Positions 36,991 to 49,538 of a stretch of 64,000 nt of DNA are shown here, piece by piece. The stretch lies in the NCBI GenBank assembly GCA_003971905.1, contig RSEE01000012.1, positions 744,001-808,000 of the forward strand, written 5' to 3'. A program made the position numbers and the translations under genes. The notes beneath the pieces were generated by a model. It had not been told where the DNA came from, ran no database searches, and worked only from the letters and a program-made list of their open reading frames with translations. Within the stretch, counting starts at the first letter, position 1. Each line of letters opens with the position of its first letter. Source of the DNA: Moniliella sp. 'wahieum'. Its lineage: Eukaryota.

Positions 36991-39136
36991 ATGCCCCCTC
37001 CCGCCCCAGGAGCTCGGCAACACTCGGTTGGCGACAAAGAGCGTGTTGAGGAGCTGCACACCACCACTTCGGCCGCCGCACCAGCCTATACCTTCACTAC
37101 CCACCATCGCCACACATCCAGCTCCACCTTTGCCTCCAAGGGGTCAGCCGCAATGCCTCTACTCCTCTGTCCCCGCAACGCCTGCCGTATGGGGCCCCTC
37201 CCTTTCGGCGTCCTATGCGTCGACCACCCGCATTCTCAGGTCAAACTCGATGGCCGGCCCTGCCGTCAGAAACATATTCCTCCGTCGAATTGCCCACACT
37301 TTCTAGCAATACCGCCCTGCACCAGCACCCGCCTTTGGACCAGGTTCCCCTCTTCCCGCTCCGCCGGGCACCAAACTCTCTGCCCCGCCGATCCCGCAAA
37401 GGCTTCCTCATCGCGACCATTGCTGCGATTGTCCTTGTCGCAGTCGGTCTCGGCGTTGGGCGGGATTGGTCTAGGGCGGAAATCGTCGCGCCCCAAACCC
37501 CTTCCCGCACCAAGTCTCCCGGGCTGAGTATGGCGCCCAACCTGGTCGACGACAGTCCGGCGGGCATGGCGGAGAGCGGGATTACGTTACGACTATGCGA
37601 CTGCGCCCAATGGCGCCTTAGCATACACCGCCGCAGGCACAGACAATGCGAGCGTCGATTTGTCCTTCTCTGCGCCCTTGGGGAACCCCGACGTGCTCCT
37701 CCTTCCCTCCAAGGGGAGCGATGTGCAGGGTTTTGGTGCTTCTCTGACCGATGCGGCCGCCCATCTTCTGTCCCAACTCAACATCTCCGACCCGGGCTTG
37801 TATAACCAGACTATCTACGCTCTCTTTAACCGTCGCTCTGGCCTGCGCGTCCTCCGTGTTCCGCTGGAGCAACGGACTTTAGTCTGAGCCAGTACACCTG
37901 GGCGGACAAGGGGGACACGAGCATGTCCGTTGCCAAGGCGTTTCAGGCACTCCGTCTGCCCCCCGAGGTCCAAAAGACAGTCTTGCCGGTTCTGAAAGAC
38001 GCATTGCAGGTGAATCCCCGAGCTCAAGATCATGCTTCTTCCTTGGTCGCCACCTGGGTGGCTCAAGCAATGGGGCACACTCGAGGGCGGCCCGCTGCTT
38101 CCTCGGGTACGGTGACCAGCTACGTGGCCGAGTACCTAGCGCAGTGCACACGAGCGGTCGCTACCCACCTGGGTGTGATGCCGTGGGCTCTCAGCGTGCA
38201 AAACGACACCGACCAATCCGACCCGTACCCCTCTGCTCTCGTTCCACCACCCAGCACTCGCCATTCTTCAGTCGCTACGGGGCCGACTGGGTGAATTGGG
38301 GCTGGGCGCAGTCAAGCTAGTAGGATTGGAAGATGACACGGTCTATGCTCCACCGCACTCAGTTTGCTCCAACAAAACGCGTCGGCGATCGATATGTTGA
38401 GCTGGCACTGTTACAATGGCTCCATTTCCGCCATTGACCGGGTCCGTCCTTTGCTTCCCCCCCATTTGGTCCCGCTTGGGAGATGTGCTGTGACCGTGGT
38501 GTGCTTGCTAACCTGCCTTCCTATCTGATCTCCACAGTTTATCAACCACACCCACTACCCGGGCACAGACCTGCTGCTAACTGAGTGCAGTGGGGTGGAA
38601 CCGTCGCGGCCTACGAGCACAAGCTCCGACTCGGAGCCAGGCAGTTCATCCTGGGCCACCAGTGCACAATGGTGGATGTCCAGCCTGCTACTCCCTGCGC
38701 TCCAACGAAACTTTACGACTGCTCTTGCATGGAACTTGGCCTTGGACGATTCCGGGGGCCCACGACTCCCTACGGCGTATTGCGACAACTGCCTTGGTGC
38801 CATCACGGTGCTGGTGGGACGGGTCCCGAAGGAGGTGTTCGCACCTCGCCTCAACTCGTCCTCCTTTCCCACCTTGCCTTGGCTTCGGCCGACCTGACGC
38901 GGTTAGGCGGCGGCGGGGCGATCCATACGCCTCTGCACGTTTCCCCCCAAGTTGCACCCTGCTTGTCCGGAGCAGGGTTTGCTGCCCCTACCCCCAACGG
39001 CGGCGAACGGTACGGGCTGGTGATCCAAAATACCTGTACCAACCTGACCTCTGCGACGGTGGGGGTGCAAGCCAGTGGGAAATCTCAGCAGATCGCTTTG
39101 CCCGTCGGTGTGGCAACGTTGGTCTGGACCGACTGA
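36991..39136 (+). CDS. Glycoside hydrolase family 30 protein (beta-1,6-glucanase/glucosylceramidase-like), membrane anchored, with one intron near 38443-38537, frameshifted
   Basis: TM segment GFLIATIAAIVLVAVGLGVG. Motifs VQGFGASLTDAAA, LRVP(L)GATDFS, LLTECSG (nucleophile) and WNLALDDSGGP..CDNCLGAITV. Confidence 0.85.
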
Positions 39137-39875
39137 TGGTTGGTCGTCTCTCTTTGTGCGTGGGATGCGCCCCCTCCTTGGCCCGCACCACCAGCACACG
39201 CCTCGTTCCTCTTTTATCATATATTTGGTTATTCACCGTCGCCCCTCCCTCCTCGCTCTCTTCACGCATCCCTGCCCTCCCTCTGGGCGCTGTCCCATGT
39301 CTGCTCGATTGGACTTTTGGTCTTATAAACACGCACTCATTTCCCAGCATTCTCTCTCTTTTCCCCATCTGTTCTTCTGCTTTCTGTCCTCCACCGGTAT
39401 GGCACGTGGGCTGCAGCAAGAGGGACTATGCACCCCAATGCACTCCACCCCAGCGAAGGCAAGCTTCATGTCGTCAATGCTCTCGGCAGTGGAAGGGTGA
39501 AGCCGGGGTTAGAAAAGAAGGATAGGTTTGGAGATAGAACGAGTGCTCTCGGTACCATGCAAAGTTGTTCGGTATCGGTCGATGCAATTCATGCGATCCG
39601 CACTACAGGTCCATCCACCCTACCGCCGTTCGTCTGCTTTGCACGGGCCGGACCAAGATGGAAGACGTGGAAGCGAGATGCTTCGTGCGACAGTCCGGTT
39701 CCCGCAAGTCTACAGCCCGACTCTACCACCCACCCAAGCACAACTTGCAGCCCCCACAACAAGCAAGAAACCGCTGAGCAGCGAGAGAAAGTGGGGATAG
39801 ACATTCAAGCCGTACCTAGCTCGCGTGAGCCAGTGATGATGGGACGATTTCTGTCTCGGGATGCGGGAGCCGCAA

Positions 39876-41984
39876 TTAAAGTTGGTGCGAGCGTACCGGC
39901 AACGCAACCGGATTGATATCGTCGACCAGCACTTCATGAGGCCGGCCATGGAAGAGGAGGTAGCGAATGACCAAGTGTTTCTTTTCGCCCATGCACGGAT
40001 CAAAGAAACCAAGGATGTGGCTCTTGGCGCGACCACCCGGGATGATCAATTGCCCCTTTGGATCATCGCTTGCAACGGCACCCGCACATCCCATAGGGAT
40101 TCTTGAGCCTCTTGCGTTTCCGTCTCGACCTGTCCCTCGGCCTGCGCCACTTGCTCCTCGACACTCTCTGTCGCCGCGACGGGATCCGGGTCATCCCACA
40201 CTCGTTGTGCCGCGTCCCAATCGGCCGGAGCCGAGGGGAAGACAGCTTGCTTGCCATACCAAGCCTGGACAATGACCAACCCATTCTTGTCCCGTTCGGC
40301 ACGTACTTCTTCTTGGCTTGATCACGAAGAATTTCGCGCGCACCCCAAGCGGCAGCTTTGCGCTCGTCGATCGTCTCCTGGTTTTCTTCCCGGAGCAACT
40401 GGAGTTTCTTGGCAATTCGCCTTCGTCTGCGGGGGACGAGGTAGCCGTAGTGGAGGGCAACCATGCTGAGGGTAGGCACGACGGAGAAGAAGGCGACCAG
40501 GTCCGAACGCCATTCAGGTGCCAAGACAATGGGCACCGTAATTTTTTGTCCGAGGCGATTCAGTTTGATGCGCAGGGTGACCGGACCGGGCAGACCGGTA
40601 CTCAACCCCAAGCCCAGCCGCAGCGTTTCGGTCACTCGCCGTTCCCCCGTAGCGTGGAGCAGAGACCGGTGGCTGTGCCCACAGAGCTCCCTAACCGCAA
40701 TTTGACACCACCTAGGACGGTGGTGCCCCAGTCCAAGGACAAGCCCTGTGCCAACGGCGACAAGGTGGCTTGCAATGTCCATCCGGTCCCATCGGCCGTC
40801 TGGTTGGTCAAGCCGACCGCGGCCGAGGCCGGTTCGGGCCGGACAGCGATCCCCGTCACATCCGGGTCTCCCCACCCAAACAGCTGGTACGTCCCGCTGC
40901 GCAAACTGGTGAAGCCCGTGAGGAAGGAACGGGAGGAGATGCGTTGGCCAAACGTTACTGACACAACGGGGGAACGGCAGGATGTTGGGAGAAGCTTGGT
41001 ACTGCACAAATCTATTACCCAGAAAAAACCAAGCGTTAGCCTCACAGTCTACAAAAAAGAGGATGGGGTGGGGGGGGGACGTACGTGTTGGGGTCGAGGC
41101 ATAGGAGCCCTTATGGGTCAAAGACCGCGGCCGCAACAGCGAGCAGGTCCATTCCGAACTGAACCGAGGCGAGACCTGGGTGCGAACGTACCGAGAAAGT
41201 TGCCGCCGCCGAGGCCGTTGCGGGAGAGCATGTGGCCCGCAAAGTGAACCGAAGTGGTATCGGTCAGTTGGGTGTCAAACGAATGTTTGCCCATCAACTG
41301 CGTCACGCCCACCCGTTCCCATCGATCGGAGAATGTGACGGGGCCCGAGCGGGCAGGGGGGCGGGGCACCCGTTCGGCCGGGGCCAACAGTGCCGATGCA
41401 TCGATATGAGCAGCAAAATCCGCCTTGGACCGAACCAGTTGCTCGGCCTCTTGTACCCGCTGCGCCACCACGTCGCGCTCAATCTCGGCGCGCAGCTCGG
41501 CGGCCGTCTGACCACGAACCGACACGGCCCAGTTGCCCTTCAATCCGACCGGGCCAAAATGGTCGTACACCGCACGGCGTTCTGGGTGGGAGAGGACCTC
41601 GTACGCAGCACGCACGCGGCGGAACTGCGCTTCGGCAGCGGCCTTGCGCGCGGGGTGCGGGTGCTTGTCGGGATGGAGCACAATCGCCAGAGCCTTGTAG
41701 GCATCCCGGATCTCGGTGTCGGTGGCACTGCGGTCAACGTTGAGCAGGCATAGTACTCGTCCTTGTCGGGAGCTGGGGCAGCGGGGTCGCGTGTCGAAGG
41801 CGCGGGGCAGCATCGCGGAAAGGCGTGCCGCCAAACAAGGGCTCGTCCTGCGGGGCGGCGGTCGTGCTGGTGGCGGGGGCGGGGGGGGGGGTGGTCGGCG
41901 GGAAGACGCCTGTGCGTCGGCCTGGACGTATGCGCCGAGGCCGCGGGCGGCGTAAGGATCAGACGCGTCGGCGTCGGCGTCCAT
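39876..41984 (-). CDS. DNAJC11: DnaJ homolog subfamily C member 11-like (J domain plus DUF3395-type C-terminus), intron near 41030-41090, frameshifted
   Basis: J domain LLNVDRSATDTEIRDAYKALAIVLHPDKH..AYEVLS..RRAVYD. C-terminus VIVQAWYG..DVRVPLQAM..LIIPGGRAKSHILGFFDPCMGEKKHL. Confidence 0.88.
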
Positions 41985-42168
41985 CAGATGCTGAGCAGAC
42001 GGCTGAGGCTGGGGACGACGGGCCGATGGATGGCGAAGCAGCAGGCGGTGGAGGCGGCAACCCCATTCTCCCACCAGCCTCCGCCGCCGCGCCACCGCTG
42101 ATTCCGCCAGTCATTCCGCCCAGGGCCCTGCTTAGCTTGTGCTGCTCACAAGATACGGCCGTTATCCC

Positions 42169-42259
42169 GCTTCAATGGGTTAGTGGTATACTACACGTTG
42201 CCAGCAGGGCCAGTGCGCCAGACGTCGTTGTGACAGGGGTTCGATTCCCCTTTGAAGCA
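42169..42259 (+). tRNA. tRNA-Gly(GCC) with a 21-nt intron (42204-42224)
   Basis: Acceptor stem GCTTCAA/TTGAAGC, D-loop AGTGGT, anticodon loop TTGCCA, T-arm AGGGG-TTCGATT-CCCCT, discriminator A, and T6 Pol III terminator at 42263-42268. The 5' anticodon stem reads CACG against CGTTG, so one A is probably dropped. Confidence 0.88.
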
Positions 42260-42745
42260 TGCTTTTTTCGCGGTCTGTTCTCACGTTCAGCGCAAGGGGC
42301 GTCGCCTCAAGCAGCCTCAACAACTTACTTTTTCAATCATCTCACGCCCCGCTCGGCCCACAGTCCCAGTAGTATGTACAACAAGACATCGTTGTTCAGA
42401 GGAATAGGAAAAGGCCAACCTTCCATGCACGTAGGGCGGCAAAAGAAGAGGGGAGAGAACGGAGGAGAGAGGAGAGAAAGAGAGAGAACTAGGGAACCCA
42501 AACCACTATTCCAGGTCCGACCCGCAGACCTACAACAGAGGAGCGACAAAGAGGGGGCACAGGAGACAAGGGCAGAAACGAAACGTGTGCGACCGGCGCA
42601 CAGCACGTGCAGGGACCACCACGAAAGGGAAACAGGCCCACTGGACACTTGGCACTTGACACTCTTGACACTTGGCATTGACACTGGAGGCATAAGGCAA
42701 GATACCTTGCACGCAGCGTCCGTGCGTTGCCGTACGCCTGACGCC

Positions 42746-43782
42746 TTAGGCCAAACCAGGCGCCAGGGTCGTCGCAAAGGCCGGTTCCGGCTCAAACGCG
42801 CTCTTGCGCAAGGACACGGTAAACGCCGAGGGCAGCGGAGCGGAAGGATCCGGTTGGTTCTGCAACCGAACGCGCTGGTCCTTGCCCTTCTTTGCCAAAG
42901 GGGAAGAAAACGAAGCCCCCAGCTCCCACTCGGCGCGCACCGTCGGCTCGCCCACCAAGCCAAACGTCGGACCAAAGGCCAGGTCCGAGGCGGAGCCCGT
43001 CATCAGCGCGGCGGGGCTGGCGGCAACCACAGGCTGCGAAGACGAGGGCGCGAAAGGGTGGGCAGGTCCGGAGGCGAAACGGGGTTCGATCCCGTGGCGG
43101 GGAAAGGGAAGCCCGACGCGAACGCCGGGTACGGGTTCAGCGTCGGTACCAACGGAGGCGTGACCAAGGCTGCGACGCCCGAGGACATCTGGAGCTGCGG
43201 CGGCAGCTTACCCAGCGCGGGGGGGAACGCACGAGACGACGCATGGGGCAAACTGAGAGAACGTGCGGAGAGCGATGGCGCCTCGGGGGTAGACGGAGCG
43301 AGCGGGGTGGGAACCACAGCCTGGTTCGGGACCTGGTTCTGGGCCGGGACCTGGGCCGGACCGGGGGCTTGATTCGCATTGTTGGTAAGCGCCTCAATGA
43401 TCCCCTCGGCCAATTGGAGACGTTTTTCAAAGTCGCCAATGGCCAAGGAGAGGTGTTGGTTCTGCTGTTTGAGCCACTGGTTCTCCTGCACCAAGATGCG
43501 ATGCTCCACTTCGATGCGAGACATAAACGCTTTCTTCTTGTCCCGGCTGGCCTGGGCCGAAGCACGGTTGCGCGCCTGGCGCGCTTCGAGCCGCGCAATG
43601 CGTTCGGCATTCATGGGCTTGGTGCGCTTGTTGGCGGGGGTCAGGTTGGCCTGGGACAGGTCGTCCGTGTCGAGCTCGCGTTTGATCGGGGAGAAGGGGC
43701 TCAGGGGGGCGCTGCTGGACGCAGGCGAGGTGGGGCAGCTGGTCGGCGCACCAGCGGCGATGGGGGACGTGACGGTGGGCAT
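42746..43782 (-). CDS. HAC1: bZIP transcription factor of the Hac1/Cib1/Hxl1 (unfolded protein response) type, 3' end uncertain
   Basis: Basic region ERIARLEARQARNRASAQASRDKKKAF followed by heptad leucines. A probable frameshift near 43080 links it to ORF 42746..43030. Confidence 0.75.
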
Positions 43783-45129
43783 GATGGAGCGTGGCGTGGG
43801 ATGGGTTGGTTACGGGGGAGAGGATACGATGCAAGTCGGAGTTGGAGGAAAGTACTAGGCCGAGGAGAGAGCGACGGAGGGGGGGGGGGCAGGCAGAGAG
43901 AAACAAGAGACGGGGAGGAGAGGGCTAGGGAAGAGCGAATAGGAGGACAGAGGCGAATGCGAATGCGACGACTGGGGGGCGGGCAATCAGGGGTCAGCCG
44001 CAGGCCAAGCGAAGGGGTGGGGCGGAGAGAAGAGAGGGCGCGTACAAGATGGAGGAGCAAAAAACGGGGAGTAGGCCAGCTACACAGATCCGCCAGAAGG
44101 GGATGAGAACGAAGTGGAGCGAGGAGGAAGGGGGGGGATGGAAAAGGTGGTGGTGGTGGGGCAGGCGAGGCGAGGCGTGCTGCTGCTTGCTGCACTGCGC
44201 AGCGGCCCAGGGAGTGTCCCCCCTGGCAGACCCGCACGCGAGCAGTGTAGCAGCTGGCTCCCAATCGGGGGCCGATCGGGGCGAGGCGACGACAGGCCAG
44301 ATGCCAGCTCCGGCGGGGCGGCAGAGGGGGGGGGGGGGGCAGCGGGGCGGCAGGGGGGCGGCCTCCCGGCTGCTGGTGCAGGGTACGGCATCTCACGGCA
44401 CACTGAGGTCTGCCTGCTTGTGCGCCTCAGGCTGGAGCTTCACGCCCCAGGCCCCAGGCCCCAGGCCCCATGCTGCATGCCCCCGACGCGTCACCCGTCA
44501 TGCCTGACGCAGCACTGCGCCAGTTAGGAATACCCTCCCACGGGGGGGCTGTGCCTGGCTGTGCCGGGCTGGGCCTGTCATGTGCCGCTTGCAAAATGCA
44601 GCACGCAGCAACCTGCGTTTCAACATTCAATCGCACGCGGCTCGCCAGGCAGACGCGAAAAAACTCTCACTGCCATCCTTGGCGCCCTGTTCATGACGCG
44701 ATTGACGCGTCGCCTTTTCTGCAAGTAGGCAGCCAGAGCAGCCGGGAGGGAGGCTTTAGCTATTGGCGCCCAGGTGAATACGCATCAGCTGACCGACGTA
44801 CGTGCCCTTTAAGGGTCAACTGCGCTCCCGCATTGGACGATGGACCCATCCGAATGGGGGGCTACACTGGGGTGTGGTTATACTACTCTGGCGTAGACGA
44901 CGACAGCCACGAGCGTCTGATGGGATCTACATGATGTACATACGCACCCACCGAGACTCAACTAGACGAGGGCAAATAGTAAAGGTATACAGTGCGCGCC
45001 AATCTGGCCGAGCAGAGCCAAACGAGTGTGGGCACAGCAGATGGAGAGAAGGCAAGAGACCCAACCCCAAAGGCCAGGGAGACCGAGGCACCCGAACCGC
45101 CACCGGGGCCATCAGGACAAGACGGCCGT

Positions 45130-46370
45130 TTACAACCGTTTGCCCGGGACAAAAATAAACAGGACACAAAAGGCCGTCGTGATGGACGCGACAATCAACA
45201 GGACCCCCATGCGCGCCGGGTGAGCAGCGTGGCCACGTACTGCTCGCGTACGACGATGTACTTGAACGGGGTTGTTTCCGACCGGCGGAAAACAGAGGTG
45301 CAACAATGGATCCAGTTCGTACTGCTGCGACACGAGGCACAAGATGGCCACGGCAAAGGGCAAAATAACCCAACACCGTTCTTGTCTCCTCACATTGAGA
45401 AACACAAACGAAAAAAACCCCGTTGCAAACGCAGCCCAGAGCGCAAGCAAGCCACCAACCGCACCAATGACGAGGCTGGGGTCAGTTGCTAAAGGCCTTG
45501 GCGCGCAAAAAATAATTGTACACATCCGTTTCCATCGTACGAAACACGTACTCTTTTGCTCATGAAACAGATCGGGAATCGTGGCCAACGCTGTCCGGCC
45601 CGCATCGCTTTGATCCTCGAACCGGTAAGAGGCAGAGATGGGAAAACGAATGGATGCGCAACGAAGCAGGAAGGTACACTTCCTTCTCCGAACCGGGAAG
45701 GGAGGTACCGAGCGTAAATACGTTCAGCCGAGGCGATGAGATCGGCCTGGGTAATGGCCGTTTCGCGGGAGATGACGGTAGGAGCCAACGGAGTGCGTTG
45801 GTACGTCAGCCCCCCCAACAGCGACTTTTTTGGAGACCTAACCGGGGGCAGCGGGAAGTCGGGGTCGCCAGGGAACCGCGGACCTGGTGCCGAGCCCGAA
45901 GCGGGAAGCGAAGACGTCTGCGTCATGAGCGAGTCTGATGGTACCCGTGCAGTGGCCGGGATCAATGGGAGCGAGGCCAGGTTCTCATTGGAAGCTGGCT
46001 GCATGTTGGGCTGGTTCCCGCCCCCGTTGCTGCTTGGCGCAGTCTCAAGCTCGAACAGGTGGGAATAAATCGAGCCGTGGGTACAGGCCTGGGCATAAAA
46101 CTCGGGCCATTCGTGTCGGATGGACCGTCCGGCTTGGCGAAGGTCCTTAAAGTAGGCCCTGCACAAATTCTCATGCTGCTGTACGTCCAGCCAAAAGTCC
46201 AGCGCGTCCTCAGCGTCTTCCCGCTGGAGGTAAATGTAGAGGCAAAAGAGATCAACGGGGGGCGCCGTGCGGCGGGCCAACACCTCGGCCAGCGTCGGGA
46301 GACGTTGACGGTTATGATAAGTGGGACGCGGCCTGCGTTCTCGACGTTGCTGCTCATCCCGACACACCAA
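45130..46370 (-). CDS. RAX1: Rax1-like bud-site/polarity protein (RGS domain plus C-terminal TM helices), frameshifted
   Basis: RLPTLAEVLARRTAPPVDLFCLYIYLQREDAEDALDFWLDVQQHENLCRAY, DLIASAERIYARYL, and a hydrophobic C-terminus ending LFIFVPGKRL. Confidence 0.88.
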
Positions 46371-47020
46371 TCAAACCCACACACAAAAGAAGAAGAAGAG
46401 GAAGAGGGCGGTGGTTAGTAGTGATGGCGGCGGCAGCCGCAAGGGTCGTGGTTCCCCCTCCTCTCCCCTAATTCCCAACCTTGGCTAGCAGCGCCCAAGT
46501 GGTGTGAGCCCATGCCAAGGAGGGCGCGGCTTGTCGCCCGACATGTGACAGGTGACACGGTGACAGGATCTGCGGATAGGGTTGGGTGGTACACTGCCGA
46601 CCTGCCTTCTGTGGCATTTCACCTTCCCCTCCTAGACGGTGCCCATCCCACTTTTTAAATTGCTTTCAGACAACAAAACTTGGCATGCGCTGATAGGGGA
46701 AAGGCTGCAAAGCTGGCTCGTCCCAACAAAGGGGATGATGTGGGCTGGCTAATCGATAACCTCCATGCATAACCAGTCAGCCAGACGTCAGACGACGTCT
46801 CAGACTACCCCACGGCAAGCATCGATAAAATGATGGTTGGTAGCGCGCCCCGAGGGCACCACTGAAGAAGATAAACGGCACATGGCAGAGCATCGCATAT
46901 GACAGAGAATTGGCCCAGTAGGCATTGACAGACTAAACAAGGTATGAAGAAAGGAGCACGTGGTCGGACACACACACTCACTCAACGCAGCAACGTGTCG
47001 AGCGGTGACGGTTTCCCCCT

Positions 47021-48822
47021 TTACAACTTGGCGCGCTGCGGCGGCGGCGGACGCACAAAGCGTTGGCGCTGCCGTGCTTCGCGCAATGTGTCCCCCACCA
47101 TGATCCGCCGCCGGCTTTCCAGCCACTCGATCGATTCGCCATACGTGTACGGCGAGACACGCCGCTTGGTCTGGCCAATCTCAAAGGTAAAGTGAAAGGA
47201 GTTGGATTGGGTCCGGCTGCCGGTCAACAGATCCACAATTTCACCCGTACCGCCACAGCGGCCAAGACGGGGTCCCCCTCCTTCCGAGGGCTTGGAGATG
47301 GTGTTGCGATGTGTAGGTGATGGTGGATGTCATATCTTTCATGCGGCACACGAGTTAGCAAAATCCCGAGCGCACCACTAACCTCCTTCCCCTCTCCTAG
47401 AAAAAGCGCAAAGAAGGAACGCAAACGTACTCAGTGTGGCACCAATGTTGACCGGATTGTCAAACGTAACCGTATCCAACGAGAGAGAAACGTGACGGGT
47501 GCATTGGCAAACGCCGAAGCGTTCATCCAAGCCAACTCGTACCCCTGTTTGAGCAACTCGCCTCCAAACACTTTCCAATGCGCATTGGTGCTGCGGGTGT
47601 TCATGCATGCAGCTCGACATGGCAGTCGAACTGATGGTGACCACCGCATTCTTATCTCCGCATTGGTCAGCGGGCTCATGCCTTCCGACGGGGCGACCAT
47701 GGCCGATGCGGCCCGGCGCCCAACGAGCCGCCCATCAAGGTGCTGGCCATACTGCGTTGCAACGCCGAGCGGTCACGCAGGTACTGTTCGGGAGGAGCGG
47801 GCCTCTTCCTGGGTAGGTGGGGTGTGGTTGAGCGAGGTTTTAGCAACGCGTTTCTTGTGCGCCTTGTGCTGCTGCGCAATCTCCGACAGTTGCTTTTCTT
47901 CGGGCGTCTCGAGCAAAAGGGAAGGCACGCGCTGGGCCTTGTTGGTTAAAGCATTGCGCGAAGCCATGGTAAAGCTGCATTCAGAATCAGCGACAGTCAG
48001 TAAGGCACGTATAACAGAAGAAAGAGAGAAAAGGGGGGAGCGGGAGGAGGAGGAGAACGCACATGCCAGTCAGAACAATCTCGCGACTGCCCGTGGCCGG
48101 ATTGATCTCCTCAATCGCAATCAGCACCTCCATGACGACCGACCGACCGAGATGGTGGCCGATCAGGTCGTAGTCGCAAAACGGTGTCATGGGCCGCAAG
48201 AGGTCCAACCGATCAATCGACGCCGTGACGGTAATGACGGGGGAGCCTCGGTCTTGTCTGGTGGGGATGTACCCGAGCGCATGGAGGAAGGAGATGTGGC
48301 CGGCCATGCCATCAATGTCTTCCCACACCTTGCCCAGGCGGATGAGGCCCGAAGTAGCAATGTAGTCCTCGACCAGTTCCGGGTTGGAGAAAGTTGAGCC
48401 GGAGCTCGACGAGCGAGTCGGACACGCGCTTGGGCGCCAAGGTTGTGCTCAAACGCACGCACTTCCTCGCGTAGCTCGGCGAGCGCCGCTCGGCAGGCAA
48501 GCCCATGCGACGGCGCTCCTCCGCCCACGTCCGCACGGGCACCAGACGAGTGGGGATGGGCACCGGGGTCTTGCCCTTGGCACCTCGGAGAGCAGCGAGT
48601 GGATCTTGGCCAGTTCCTGGGGACTGTCGGGCGCAGGCGAGACGCCAGGAGCAGGGGCAGGGGCGGACAGGTGGGATGGAGGAGGGCAGCTGAGGGGCGA
48701 TAGGAGGATGCGGGAGATTTTTATTGGGGGGAGGGGGGGGGCTAGCGCCGCTCAGAAGGGGGATGTGACTGGATGGATGATGTTGATTGCGGCTGAAACC
48801 GATGATGCCGAGCGGAAAGCAT
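47021..48822 (-). CDS. Double hot-dog acyl-CoA thioesterase (ACOT9-like), with introns and frameshifts, start approximate
   Basis: Motifs WEDIDGMAGHISFLH, VTASIDRLDLL, FTMASRNALTNKA, KVFGGELLKQGYELAW, SLDTVTFDNPVNIG, SNSFHFTF and PYTYGESIEWLESRRR. Confidence 0.85.
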
Positions 48823-49538
48823 CGAACGGCTGGCCGCGTAGCGTGCTGGAGCGCAGTGTCTGGTGCGAGACCAAACGATGCAGTTTGGGTGGGTTTGACA
48901 TGTGTGATCCACGCGGGTAGACAGGCGGATGCCAGTGCTATGGGCTGCTATGTGCGCTGCTATACCCGCCGTCTGTGGCTTGGGCATCGCACAGGCTGCC
49001 GCAGGCGGCGCAGGGAGGCGAGTGTGCTGCGTGGTGCTGCGGTGCTCCACGAGCCACTGCGCTCCCTGCGCGCCGGGCCCCGGGACAGGCGTGGGCCGGG
49101 TGCTCTCACGCGCCTGGGCACTGCCAGCGTCGGTACTAGGGCGTGCACCCGTGTCTCTATCGCCGCATGGCCAGTGTGGCAGCTGCGGCCACACATCCGA
49201 TGGGTTACGTACCACCTCCACCAGCACCCACCCACCGCTCCCGCCGGCACACACGCCCCCGGTCTCCCCGGGCCATTCAACATTCAGCGCATTTTCCCCC
49301 CACCATCCGTACTCAGCCCCTGGCTCGTTTCGATATACCGGCATTCAATCCCCCATGGGAGCTTTCCCATACCAGATGCCGCGCCTGCATCGCTTGATAT
49401 GTACTAGCCGTGTCTGCCATCCCAATCCGGCTGCATTCGCATCGGCCGCTGAGGCCAATATGCATTCCAGACCCCGCCTCCGCCTGCGCTTCGTCGCAGC
49501 GTCCATAATCGCGCACCACGCATTGGTCCCCCGCCCCC

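Noticed and set aside
41825..43372. 515-aa plus-strand ORF
   Set aside because: It runs through the tRNA and antisense to the bZIP and DnaJ genes. It is a GC-rich shadow ORF with no domain.
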